The notes beneath the pieces are model-generated. The model had not been told where the DNA came from. It saw only the letters and a program-made list of their open reading frames with translations, and ran no database searches. 64,000 nt of DNA from Alphaproteobacteria bacterium (GTDB lineage Bacteria; Pseudomonadota; Alphaproteobacteria; SP197): NCBI GenBank assembly GCA_965228895.1, contig OZ245842.1, positions 5,184,001 to 5,248,000 of the forward strand, given 5' to 3'. Each line of letters opens with the position of its first letter. Within the stretch, counting starts at the first letter, position 1. Below are positions 1 through 9,097 of this stretch, piece after piece. The position numbers and the translations under genes are program-made.

Positions 1-2
1 GC

Positions 3-86
3 CTGGCGCGTACACACTATGACGGCATCGATAGGTATTTCTCGAACGACAACGTGATCGCATCAACAAGGGAGTACCCGAGATAG
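3..86 (+). CDS. 3' end of an upstream gene of the glycan locus (partial, unknown product)
   Basis: Frame open from the window edge to TAG at 84-86, 25 bp before the next gene and on the same strand as the operon. Confidence 0.35.
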   Translation: MARTHYDGIDRYFSNDNVIASTREYPR

Positions 87-111
87 TGTCGTCTGGCCGG
101 CAGCTTGCGTC

Positions 112-642
112 ATGATCATCTGGTTGATCGGCATGTCGGGCGCCGGCAAGACGACCATTGGGCGCGGTGTCTGGCAACGCTGGCGGGTACGCGACCAAGC
201 CACGTTGTTCTTGGATGGCGATACGTTGCGCGATGTCTGGGGCGACCAGTTGTCTCACGACATCGAGGGACGCGCGCGCAATGCACATCGGATTTCGCAT
301 TTGTGTCGGATGCTTGATGAACAAGGAATCAATGCCGTCGCAGCGGTCTTGTCGATCTTCCCCGAATGGCAGGCGTGGAACCGGCAGACATTCTCATCCT
401 ATTATGAGGTGTTCATCGATCTGCCGATGTCCGTGTTGCAGGCGCGTGATCCCAAGGGTATTTACGCCGCCCAAGAGCGTGGCGAAATGACGAATGTCGT
501 CGGTTGTGACATCCCGTTTCCGCGCCCACCGAAACCTGACTTGATCCTTGATGAACATGACATGTTGGCGCCGCCGGAAGAGCTTGCTGCTCGGATACTG
601 CGGGAGTCCGGCGTTATGCCCGACGCGCATGGAGCGCCATGA
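112..642 (+). CDS. cysC: Adenylyl-sulfate (APS) kinase family protein
   Basis: P-loop GMSGAGKTT, LDGD-x-LR motif, RDPKGIY and VVGxDIPF motifs typical of APS kinase. Confidence 0.8.
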   Translation: MIIWLIGMSGAGKTTIGRGVWQRWRVRDQATLFLDGDTLRDVWGDQLSHDIEGRARNAHRISHLCRMLDEQGINAVAAVLSIFPEWQAWNRQTFSSYYEVFIDLPMSVLQARDPKGIYAAQERGEMTNVVGCDIPFPRPPKPDLILDEHDMLAPPEELAARILRESGVMPDAHGAP

Positions 643-681
643 TGGCGTACGTTTTGTTTTGAGCCGAATGGAGAAGGCTTC

Positions 682-1761
682 TTGAAAGTAAAAATCTTTG
701 GAGCCGGCTCGATCGGTAACCATCTGGCACACGCTTCGCGAAGCCTGGATTGGCACGTCGATGTCGTCGACATTGATCCTGCCGCCTTGGCGCGCATGCG
801 CGAGGAGATCTATCCCGGCCGCTATGGTGCCTGGGATGACGCCATCAGCCAGTTTGACCCACAGGACGCGCCCTCGGACGGTTACGGCCTCATCATCATC
901 GGTACGCCGCCGGATCACCATGTCGCCTTAGCGCGCCAAGCCATTGCTGAAAAGCCGACCGCCCTGCTGATTGAAAAGCCGCTGTCGACACCCGACCTGG
1001 AAGGCCTGGCGGAACTGCATGCTGAGGCACGCGATGCCGGTGTCGCCGTCTTTACCGGCTACGACCACGTTGTCGGCGAGGCAAGCAGCCAGATGAGCCA
1101 GGCGCTGTCGACGGGATCGCTGGGGGTGCTGCAGACCCTGGATGTCGAGTTTCGGGAGCACTGGGGCGGCATCTTCGCGGCCCATCCCTGGCTCGCCGGT
1201 CCGACCGATACCTATCTGGGTTTTTGGCGGCGTGGCGGCGGCGCCAGCGGTGAACACTCTCATGCTGCCAATCTTTGGCAGCACTTCGCCCACGAAGCGG
1301 GTGAGGGCCACGTGACCGATGTTGCCGCGACGCTCGATTACATCGACGACGATGGCGCCGATTATGACCGGCTATGTCTGTTGAACTTGACCACCGAAAC
1401 CGGATTCACGGGCCGGGTCGTGCAGGACGTCGTGACCAAGCCGGCGCGCAAGTGGGCGCGTGCCCAGGGCAGCGCCGGCGCGGCCGAGTGGCGCTGCGGT
1501 TTCGAGCCGGGCCGCGATGCCTTCGTCCCCGAAGGCGCCGAGCCGACGGTCATTGAGAAGACCCGACCTGACGACTTCATCCGCGAACTCCGTCATATTG
1601 CCGACGCAATGACTGCAAACTCTGCGGCGGCCAGCCCGATTTCGCTGGAACGCGGCCTTGATACGATGCTGGTGGTCGCGGCCGCCCATAAATCTCACGC
1701 TGAACGCCGTGTCGTGCGAATCGATCGTTCGTTCGGCTACGGTCCCGACGCCCTTGTCTGA
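682..1761 (+). CDS. Gfo/Idh/MocA family oxidoreductase
   Basis: GAGSIG Rossmann motif, TPPDHH, EKP motif and GGG..EHSH. TTG start after a GGAG RBS. Confidence 0.85.
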   Translation: MKVKIFGAGSIGNHLAHASRSLDWHVDVVDIDPAALARMREEIYPGRYGAWDDAISQFDPQDAPSDGYGLIIIGTPPDHHVALARQAIAEKPTALLIEKPLSTPDLEGLAELHAEARDAGVAVFTGYDHVVGEASSQMSQALSTGSLGVLQTLDVEFREHWGGIFAAHPWLAGPTDTYLGFWRRGGGASGEHSHAANLWQHFAHEAGEGHVTDVAATLDYIDDDGADYDRLCLLNLTTETGFTGRVVQDVVTKPARKWARAQGSAGAAEWRCGFEPGRDAFVPEGAEPTVIEKTRPDDFIRELRHIADAMTANSAAASPISLERGLDTMLVVAAAHKSHAERRVVRIDRSFGYGPDALV

Positions 1762-1791
1762 ACTTCACTCTGCCGAAACGAGCCTTTTGCC

Positions 1792-3336
1792 ATGATGCCT
1801 CGCGACGAAACACCGTTTGATTTCAATGACTTGTTCATACTGGACTTGGCCAACAACCACCAGGGTGATGTCGAGCACGGGCGCCGCGTCATCCGCGAGC
1901 ACGGGACGGTCATCGCACGCCATGGCGTGCGCGGCGTCATCAAGTTTCAGTTCCGCGATCTCGATAGTTTCATCCACGTCAGCCATCTGGAGAGCAGCGA
2001 CAACAAACACGTGCCTCGCTTCCTCAGCACGCGGCTCGATCGCGAAGGTTTTCAGGCACTGTTGGACGAGGTTCGCGCTCAAGGCTTGTTGGCGGCTTGT
2101 ACGCCGTTCGACGAAAATTCGGTCGGCGTCATCGAAGACATGGGTTTTGACATCATCAAGATTGCGAGTTGCTCGGCAAAGGATTGGCCGCTTCTGGAGC
2201 GCATAGCCGATTCTGCCCGGCCGGTTATCGCGTCGACCGGCGGGCTGCTGCAGTCCGACATGGATGCGCTGGTCAGTTTCCTCGATCATCGCGGCGTCGA
2301 CTTCGCGCTGATGCACTGCGTTTCCGTCTACCCGACGCCCGATGAGATGTGCCATCTCAACAACATCGCGACGATGGTGGAGCGTTACGGCGGCCGCCCG
2401 GTCGGCTGGTCGACCCACGAGGATCCTGCGGACATCGTGCCCGTCGGGCTTGCTCGGGCAAAGGGCGCACGGCTTTTTGAGCGTCATGTCGGCGTGCCGA
2501 CCGACACGATCAAACTCAATGCCTATTCATCGACACCTGAACAGTGTGATGCCTGGGTCGGCGCGTGGCACAAGGCGGGCGCGTTGTTGGGCGAGGCAGA
2601 ACGTCAACCACCAACCGCCGACGAGGCCGTGGCGATTGCTGGTCTAAGTCGTGGCGTCTTTGCCAGGCATGATCTGGAACCCGGCCACACGGTCACCCGT
2701 GACGACGTCTACTTCGCCTTTCCACTGCCCGCGGGCGGACTGGAAAGCGGTCAGTGGCGTGATGGTGTGGTGACGAAAAGTGCGATTGGCGTCGATGACT
2801 CTCTGGCGCTTGACAAGGTCGAGGTTCCGGATCGCTCTGACGTGCAGGTCTTGAAGCAGGCCGTGCACGAGGTAAAGGGGCTGCTCAACAAAGCGCGCGT
2901 CGAACTGGGCAGCGAGTTCGAGGTCGAGTACTCCCATCACTACGGTCCAGCCAATTTTCGCGAGACCGGCGTCGTCATCGTCAATTGCATCAACCGCGAA
3001 TACTGCAAAAAGGTTCTGATCCAGCTCGCCGGTCAGAAGCACCCGTCGCACTTTCACAAACGCAAGGAAGAGACCTTTCATGTTCTGTGGGGCGAGTTGC
3101 ACAGCGAGTTGGATGGACGGGAACGAACGCTGGGTCCCGGTGATACGCTCCTCGTCCTGCCCGGCGTCTGGCATCGGTTCTGGACCGACACCGGCTGCGT
3201 CTTTGAGGAGATTTCAACGACCCACTACAACAACGACTCGGTCTATCGGGATCCGCAGATCAAGGCCATGGAGCGGTCGGATCGCAAGACCGTGGTCGAC
3301 CACTGGGGTCGGTTCCAGTTGACGGACAGTGCCTAG
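1792..3336 (+). CDS. neuB: N-acetylneuraminate (nonulosonate) synthase family protein with SAF domain and fused C-terminal cupin (sugar isomerase-like)
   Basis: NNHQGD, KFQ, TPFD, KIAS, HCVSVYPT, GWSTH and ERH NeuB motifs; RGVFA SAF region; C-terminal YCKK..HPSHFHKRKEETF..PGVWHRF..EEIST cupin. Confidence 0.85.
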   Translation: MMPRDETPFDFNDLFILDLANNHQGDVEHGRRVIREHGTVIARHGVRGVIKFQFRDLDSFIHVSHLESSDNKHVPRFLSTRLDREGFQALLDEVRAQGLLAACTPFDENSVGVIEDMGFDIIKIASCSAKDWPLLERIADSARPVIASTGGLLQSDMDALVSFLDHRGVDFALMHCVSVYPTPDEMCHLNNIATMVERYGGRPVGWSTHEDPADIVPVGLARAKGARLFERHVGVPTDTIKLNAYSSTPEQCDAWVGAWHKAGALLGEAERQPPTADEAVAIAGLSRGVFARHDLEPGHTVTRDDVYFAFPLPAGGLESGQWRDGVVTKSAIGVDDSLALDKVEVPDRSDVQVLKQAVHEVKGLLNKARVELGSEFEVEYSHHYGPANFRETGVVIVNCINREYCKKVLIQLAGQKHPSHFHKRKEETFHVLWGELHSELDGRERTLGPGDTLLVLPGVWHRFWTDTGCVFEEISTTHYNNDSVYRDPQIKAMERSDRKTVVDHWGRFQLTDSA

Positions 3337-3344
3337 CCCACGCC

Positions 3345-3983
3345 GTGATCCGTCACCTTGTATTCGATTTTGACGGGACGCTTGTGCCGTCGAACGCCTT
3401 GAAGCGCGATGCCTTTTTCGCCTGCGTCGACCATGTCGAGGGAGCTGCGGCCTTGATACGCAGCATGTTGCTTGTCGACCCGACCCGCGACCGCTACGCG
3501 GTCTTCTCGGAGCTCGCTGAGCACTATCCTGAGTGCGGTGACGCCGACGACTTGGCGTTGGAATACGCAACAATCTGCCACGAACGCATCGTCGCCATGC
3601 TCAAGGACGGTGGACCCGACGAACTTTTTCGATTGCTGCGGGCTAACGGACTGGGACTTCATCTGAGTTCGGGTACGCCGCGCGATGCGTTGGTCGGGAT
3701 CATCCGGGATGCCGGTTGGCAGTCGCTGGTGGACAGTGTCCACGGCGCGCCCACGAGCAAGGCGCAGACATTGCAGGCTTTGATGACGCAACATCGCCTG
3801 GTACCCCAGCAGCTGGCCGTTATCGGCGACGGTGCATCCGACGAGGCCGCGGCCGTAAACGCGGGTTGCCGTTTTCTGCGCGTGGCTGACGATGCCAGCG
3901 ATCTCTACAAGCGCGATGCAGTCGACGCCTTTGCGTTTCTGGCAACGCAGTTGGGGTTGGATCGCTGCGAAACAAGAGTTTGA
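3345..3983 (+). CDS. HAD-superfamily hydrolase (phosphatase)
   Basis: FDFDGTL motif I, SSG motif II, K motif III, IGDGASD motif IV. Confidence 0.85.
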   Translation: MIRHLVFDFDGTLVPSNALKRDAFFACVDHVEGAAALIRSMLLVDPTRDRYAVFSELAEHYPECGDADDLALEYATICHERIVAMLKDGGPDELFRLLRANGLGLHLSSGTPRDALVGIIRDAGWQSLVDSVHGAPTSKAQTLQALMTQHRLVPQQLAVIGDGASDEAAAVNAGCRFLRVADDASDLYKRDAVDAFAFLATQLGLDRCETRV

Positions 3984-3986
3984 TCA

Positions 3987-4868
3987 GTGATGCCCGGCCC
4001 AGCTGACCTGGCTGCGCGGCTCGTGGCGCCGCTTGGGCGTGACAGCTTCACGTTGCTGCGGTCGGGCGTTCACGATGACCCCGCCATCGACGTTTACATC
4101 AATGAGCAGCGTGACTTTGCCGTGCTCGATCCCATGCCGGTTATGGACTATGGCTCCTACGAGCGGCGCTATGAGAAGCTGGGCCTGAAGACCTATGCCC
4201 GCAGCCTTAGTGGACCTGAGGGACGCCTGAAGAAGATCCGGCATCTCATACCAGAGGGCGGTCGTGCTCTTGAAATTGGCGCGGCGGACGGCTCGTTCCT
4301 GAAACTTGCGAAGCAAGCTTTGCCGGAATGCGCGTTCAGCGCCGTGGAGCCGGACCAGCACACGAAGCCGGCGCGCGATGATCTGCCATGGCTCGTTCAG
4401 TTCGAGACTGTTGGCCATGCGATTGAACAAGGTGTCACGTTCGACCTCGTGATGCTGTTCCACGTGTTCGAGCACGTTTTGGTCCCTGCCGCGTTCTTGG
4501 CTGAGGTGCAGCAGATCCTGGCGCCCGGCGGTGCGCTCTTGATCGAGGTGCCAAGTCTCCACGATCCGCTCTTGTCTCTCTATGAGAACTCAGCCTATCA
4601 AGCCTTCTACTTTCAACGCCAGCACCCCTATGTCTATTCGGCTCCATCGCTTGAGCGCGTGTTGGAGAACGGCGGCTTCACGACCCGCCGCGTCATCTCC
4701 TATCAGCGTTATGGGCTCGAGAACCATTTGCAGTGGCTAGCCAAAGGCAGTCCAGGCGGGAACGAACGCTATCGTGCTCTGTTTGCTGAAAGCGATGCTT
4801 CCTATCGCGCGGCATTGGAGGCGGCCGGCACGACTGACACGGTCATCGTCGAGGCGGTTGTCTCATGA
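3987..4868 (+). CDS. Class I SAM-dependent methyltransferase
   Basis: LEIGAADG, FDLVMLFHVFEH, GGALLIEVP. Confidence 0.85.
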   Translation: MMPGPADLAARLVAPLGRDSFTLLRSGVHDDPAIDVYINEQRDFAVLDPMPVMDYGSYERRYEKLGLKTYARSLSGPEGRLKKIRHLIPEGGRALEIGAADGSFLKLAKQALPECAFSAVEPDQHTKPARDDLPWLVQFETVGHAIEQGVTFDLVMLFHVFEHVLVPAAFLAEVQQILAPGGALLIEVPSLHDPLLSLYENSAYQAFYFQRQHPYVYSAPSLERVLENGGFTTRRVISYQRYGLENHLQWLAKGSPGGNERYRALFAESDASYRAALEAAGTTDTVIVEAVVS

Positions 4869-5584
4869 CACCCGGTGGTCACCGCGTTCTCGCCGTGTGT
4901 CCGGCACGGGGCGGCAGCAAGGGCATTGCGCTTAAGAACCTGCGTCCTGTCGGCGGCATACCGATGGTAGCGCGTGTCGGCCAGTTGTGCCGTGAGTTGG
5001 ATTGGCTGGATCGCGCCGTGGTGTCGACGGACCATGAGGAGATTGCCTCCGTCGCGGAAGCAAGCGGCCTGTCGGCGCCCTTTCGAAGGCCCGAGGCGCT
5101 ATCCGGCGACCGCATCGGGGACTTGGACGTCCTACATCATGCTCTCACGACATGCGAGGCCGTGGACGACATCGCCTACGACATTGTCGTCATGCTGCAA
5201 CCAACATCACCGCTGCGCCGGGCTGAGCATGTCACGGGCGCCGTTGATGCGCTGGCAGACGGCGACTGGGATGCGTGCTGGACCGTGTCGGAGACTGACT
5301 CCAAGGCGCACCCGCTGAAGCAACTGATCATCGAAAGCGATCAACTCGACTATTACGACGCCGATGGCGCCAACATTGTCGCGCGCCAGCAACTGTCACC
5401 GGTCTATCACCGCAACGGTCTGGCCTATGCCGTGACGCGATCCTGTATCATCGACCAAAAAACGATCATGGGACGTCGAACCAGGGCTCTGGTAACACCC
5501 GGACACTTCGTCAGCATCGACACGGAATACGACATCGCCCTCGTCGAGTTCCTCATGGCGCGGGGACAAGAAGCAAACGTGTGA
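4865..5584 (+). CDS. neuA: Acylneuraminate cytidylyltransferase (CMP-nonulosonate synthetase)
   Basis: PARGGSKGIALKN, VVSTD, LQPTSPLR, NGLAY, SIDT. ATGA coupling with the upstream gene. Confidence 0.9.
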   Translation: MTPGGHRVLAVCPARGGSKGIALKNLRPVGGIPMVARVGQLCRELDWLDRAVVSTDHEEIASVAEASGLSAPFRRPEALSGDRIGDLDVLHHALTTCEAVDDIAYDIVVMLQPTSPLRRAEHVTGAVDALADGDWDACWTVSETDSKAHPLKQLIIESDQLDYYDADGANIVARQQLSPVYHRNGLAYAVTRSCIIDQKTIMGRRTRALVTPGHFVSIDTEYDIALVEFLMARGQEANV

Positions 5585-6951
5585 AAATCCTCATCTTTAT
5601 CGACGCGGATCTCGTGGTCCGTCACTTCATCATGAGCTTTGCCTTCAGGGAACTCATAGCCCAACATGATGTTACTTTCGTGTTCCCGCAGTCGGGGCAT
5701 GAGCGCATGGGAAAGGTGCGGCCCGAAACGTTGGACCTTTGCGGCGCGGACTACGAGGAGTTGCCAATCGACGCCAAGCGTGTGCGGTTATGGAGTGAAC
5801 TCTTCACCATCGACCGCCTGCGGCTGCGGCCCGGCCGTCAGTTCAAGGCGATCCGCCAGATTTATCGTGGCGCACAGTCGTGGAAGGGTCGTCTTCTTTA
5901 TCAGTCGCTCGCGCTGCCTGGCCTGCGCCAGGTGTTCACGTGGCTCCAATATCGTCGGTTGGCGGCGAACCCCAATCGCGCGATGGAGGCATTGTTCGAT
6001 CGATCCGGCCCCGATCTCGTTGTGCATCCGACGGTGTTGAGCGGACTTTTTATCAACGATCTCGTTCAGCTTGGCGGCCAGCGTCACATTCCACATGTCC
6101 AGATCATGAACTCCTGGGACAACCCATCCAGCAAACAAGCCATTGTCGGGCAGCCCGACCTGTTGCTGGTCTGGGGCGAGCAGACCGAGCAGCACGCTAT
6201 CGCCTATATGGGCATGCCCAAAGACCGTCTCCGCCGCTTCGGTGCGGCCCAGTTTGAGGTCTACAACGAGCCGCCGCGGATGGACCGCGCCGCGTTCTGC
6301 CGGATCCACAACATCGAGCCCGGCCAGCGCATCCTGCTCTACGCCGGATCCAGCAAGGAGACCGACGAGTTCGGGCATTTGACGGCGATCGACGACCTGA
6401 TCGAGCGCGGCGAACTGCCGGCGACGACCGTCGTCTACCGCCCCCATCCCTGGGGCGATGGCGGTCGTGGCGGTCACCGCATCATCGATCACAACTGGAA
6501 ACACGTGCGGCTGGAGCACTCGATGCTCGGCTACCTCGAGCAGGTCAAGGCGGGCAATACGCAGAAGTCGCTGCCTGACTACCGCGACACCCGCGACCTG
6601 CTGTGCAACATCGACGCGCTGGTGTCGCCGCTCTCGACGATCATTGTCGAAGCAGCGCGATTGGGCCGCGCCGTCCTGTGTTTTCTGCCCGAGGACGAGG
6701 TCGAGGAAGCCCAACACCTGCGCATCGCCATGCCCAGCGTCCACTTCGACGCGATGTACGCCATGCCCGGCGTGCTTGTCGCACGCAGCCGCGACGCCAT
6801 GCTTCACTCGCTTCCCGAGCTGCTCGACAACGCCGGCGATGCCGTGAAGATGCAGGCGCTGAAGCAGGCGACCGACACGGTTGTCGAACCTTTTGACGAA
6901 CCTTGGGGCAAACGCTTTGTGCGCCTGGCCGAAGACATGGTGGCCGCATGA
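5581..6951 (+). CDS. GT-B-fold protein, candidate nonulosonate transferase (CDP-glycerol glycerophosphotransferase-like)
   Basis: NSWDNPSSK, LLVWGE, YRPHP and ST(I)IVEAA motifs; GTGA-coupled to neuA. Confidence 0.6.
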   Translation: MKILIFIDADLVVRHFIMSFAFRELIAQHDVTFVFPQSGHERMGKVRPETLDLCGADYEELPIDAKRVRLWSELFTIDRLRLRPGRQFKAIRQIYRGAQSWKGRLLYQSLALPGLRQVFTWLQYRRLAANPNRAMEALFDRSGPDLVVHPTVLSGLFINDLVQLGGQRHIPHVQIMNSWDNPSSKQAIVGQPDLLLVWGEQTEQHAIAYMGMPKDRLRRFGAAQFEVYNEPPRMDRAAFCRIHNIEPGQRILLYAGSSKETDEFGHLTAIDDLIERGELPATTVVYRPHPWGDGGRGGHRIIDHNWKHVRLEHSMLGYLEQVKAGNTQKSLPDYRDTRDLLCNIDALVSPLSTIIVEAARLGRAVLCFLPEDEVEEAQHLRIAMPSVHFDAMYAMPGVLVARSRDAMLHSLPELLDNAGDAVKMQALKQATDTVVEPFDEPWGKRFVRLAEDMVAA

Positions 6952-7925
6952 CGTCGCGTCTTGCCGGCGCCACCTGCGCCGTTACCGGCGGCGCTGGGCT
7001 GATCGGATCCTTCCTCGCCGACCAGCTCGTTGATGCCGGTGCTAAGGTCGTGGTCGTCGACGATTTCTCCAAGGGCTCACGCGACAACATCGCCCACCTC
7101 GATGGCACGATCGACGTTCGCGAGGTCGATCTGGAGGTCATGGAATCGGCCCGCGACGCACTTGCCGGCGCCGACATCGTGTTTCATCTGGCCAGCCGCG
7201 CCTACGGTGTCGGCCATGGTGCCGGGCGTCATGGTGAGATCCTGCGCCATAACGAACGCATTACCGACAACGTTCTGGACGCCATCGTGACGTCACCGCC
7301 TGCGCACCTGCTGGTGACGTCGTCGTCGTGTGTCTATTCCGACGATGGCCCCGACACGGTCCCGGAACTGCCGCTTTTCTGCGGTGAGCCGGAGGCCGCC
7401 AACCGCGGTTATGGCTGGGCCAAACGGTTCCTGGAGCAAAAGGCGATCTTAGCTTCAGAGGAGACGGATGTGCCGATCACCATCGTCCGGCCGTTCAACA
7501 TTTATGGCGAGCGCTATGCCTGGGTCGGCGACTCCAGCCAGGCGATCCCGATGCTGGTCAAGAAGGTGATGGACGGCAACGACCCCGTGGTTATCTGGGG
7601 GTCGGGCGAACAGCGGCGCACCTATCTGCATGCCGCCGATTGTGCGCTCATCATGCGGCGTCTGGTTGAGCTGAGTTACACAGACGGTCCGGTCAACATC
7701 GGCCTCAAGGACACCGTGTCGGTGCGCGAGCTTGTCGAGAACATCTGCCGGCTTGCTGAACGACGTCCGGTTCTGACCTGCGACCGGTCGAAACCGGAGG
7801 GCCGTTTCGTCAAGAGCAGCGATCCCACGAGGCTCTTACAGGCCGTGCCGGGATTCGCACCGACCGTTGGCCTCGACGACGGCCTGAACCGCATGATCGG
7901 CTGGTATCGATCGACCTTTTCATGA
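6948..7925 (+). CDS. NAD-dependent epimerase/dehydratase (GDP-mannose 3,5-epimerase-like)
   Basis: TGGAGLIGS, SSSCVY, YGWAK, RPFNIYG, WGSGEQRR. ATG overlaps the upstream stop. Confidence 0.85.
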   Translation: MTSRLAGATCAVTGGAGLIGSFLADQLVDAGAKVVVVDDFSKGSRDNIAHLDGTIDVREVDLEVMESARDALAGADIVFHLASRAYGVGHGAGRHGEILRHNERITDNVLDAIVTSPPAHLLVTSSSCVYSDDGPDTVPELPLFCGEPEAANRGYGWAKRFLEQKAILASEETDVPITIVRPFNIYGERYAWVGDSSQAIPMLVKKVMDGNDPVVIWGSGEQRRTYLHAADCALIMRRLVELSYTDGPVNIGLKDTVSVRELVENICRLAERRPVLTCDRSKPEGRFVKSSDPTRLLQAVPGFAPTVGLDDGLNRMIGWYRSTFS

Positions 7926-9097
7926 ACCTGGTTCCCGACGGGGCTGCCGGCCGCCTTGGGCGCGGCACGGCGGCCATTCAGCTCTTTACCAAGGGTGATT
8001 TCGGTCAGCGCCTCATCGGTGCCGGTGAAGGCAGCGTACCCCGAGACTTTTTCTATGGTTTCTTGGGAATGGTCGCGCGGGGTTATGACGCACGCTGGCA
8101 GCGCACCGATGGCGCGTATACGGGCGCCGGTGCGTCGATCGATCATCTGCGTGAACGTTTGGTCAGCCGGTTGACCGGCTTAAGCCGCCGCCAAAGGGTG
8201 CTCAAGGAAATGGCCGGCGACTGGCGCCAGGCGAAGGCCGCCGTCAGCTTCACCGATCATTTCAGCCTGACTCTCGGTGACTATCTGGGCCGGCAGACAC
8301 AACGGCCGTTCGCGGCCGGCCTGTTCCATGGCCTCTCGGATATCCAGAACCGGCTGCCGGCGCTCGGACAGATGACGGGCGACCGTTACATCCGCCGCGC
8401 GCTGGCCGGCCTCGACCATGTCGGCTTCTTTGGCCCGGCTGATCGCGATGAAGCGGTGCGGCGTTATGGGCTTGATCCGGAGCAGACCAGCATCTACCCG
8501 TTTGGCATCGATACGGATTTCTGGTCGCCGGGCAACGTCGATACGCGGTCCGATCCGAACGTGCTGTCGGTCGGTTCGGATCCCAGCCGTGACTTCGCCA
8601 CGCTCGCCGCTGCACCGATCGATGCGCCGGTGCGCATCATCACCCGTCTCAAGGTGGATGTTCCGGCCGGACGTGAGGTCGAGGTCACCAGCGGACACTA
8701 CTTCGAAAGCCCGCTCGACGATGTCGGGCTGCGCGACCTCTACCGCAAGGCGTCGGTGGTGGTGGTGACATTGAAGGACGTCTTTCAGCCGACCGGTTAC
8801 AGCGTCTGCCTGCAGGCGATGGCGTGCGGTCGTCCCGTGGTTCTCTCCGATATCAAAGGTCTGTGGGCGCCGGGGCTCTATAAGGACGGCGAGCACTGCT
8901 TGCTGGTACCGCCGGGCGATCCGCGTGCCATGGCCGGGGCGGTCAACCGTCTGCTCGGCGATGCCGAGCTATGTGAACGTCTGGGCAAGGCGGCGCGTCA
9001 GGTGACGCTCGATCATTTTCCGCTGGCGCGCATGGATGACGGCCTCGAGGCGCTGGTGTTGCGGGCGCCTGGAATGGAGCGGCCGTGCCGGACCTGA
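7922..9097 (+). CDS. Glycosyltransferase family 4
   Basis: GIDTDFW, QAMACGRPVV, LLVPPGD. Confidence 0.85.
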   Translation: MNLVPDGAAGRLGRGTAAIQLFTKGDFGQRLIGAGEGSVPRDFFYGFLGMVARGYDARWQRTDGAYTGAGASIDHLRERLVSRLTGLSRRQRVLKEMAGDWRQAKAAVSFTDHFSLTLGDYLGRQTQRPFAAGLFHGLSDIQNRLPALGQMTGDRYIRRALAGLDHVGFFGPADRDEAVRRYGLDPEQTSIYPFGIDTDFWSPGNVDTRSDPNVLSVGSDPSRDFATLAAAPIDAPVRIITRLKVDVPAGREVEVTSGHYFESPLDDVGLRDLYRKASVVVVTLKDVFQPTGYSVCLQAMACGRPVVLSDIKGLWAPGLYKDGEHCLLVPPGDPRAMAGAVNRLLGDAELCERLGKAARQVTLDHFPLARMDDGLEALVLRAPGMERPCRT

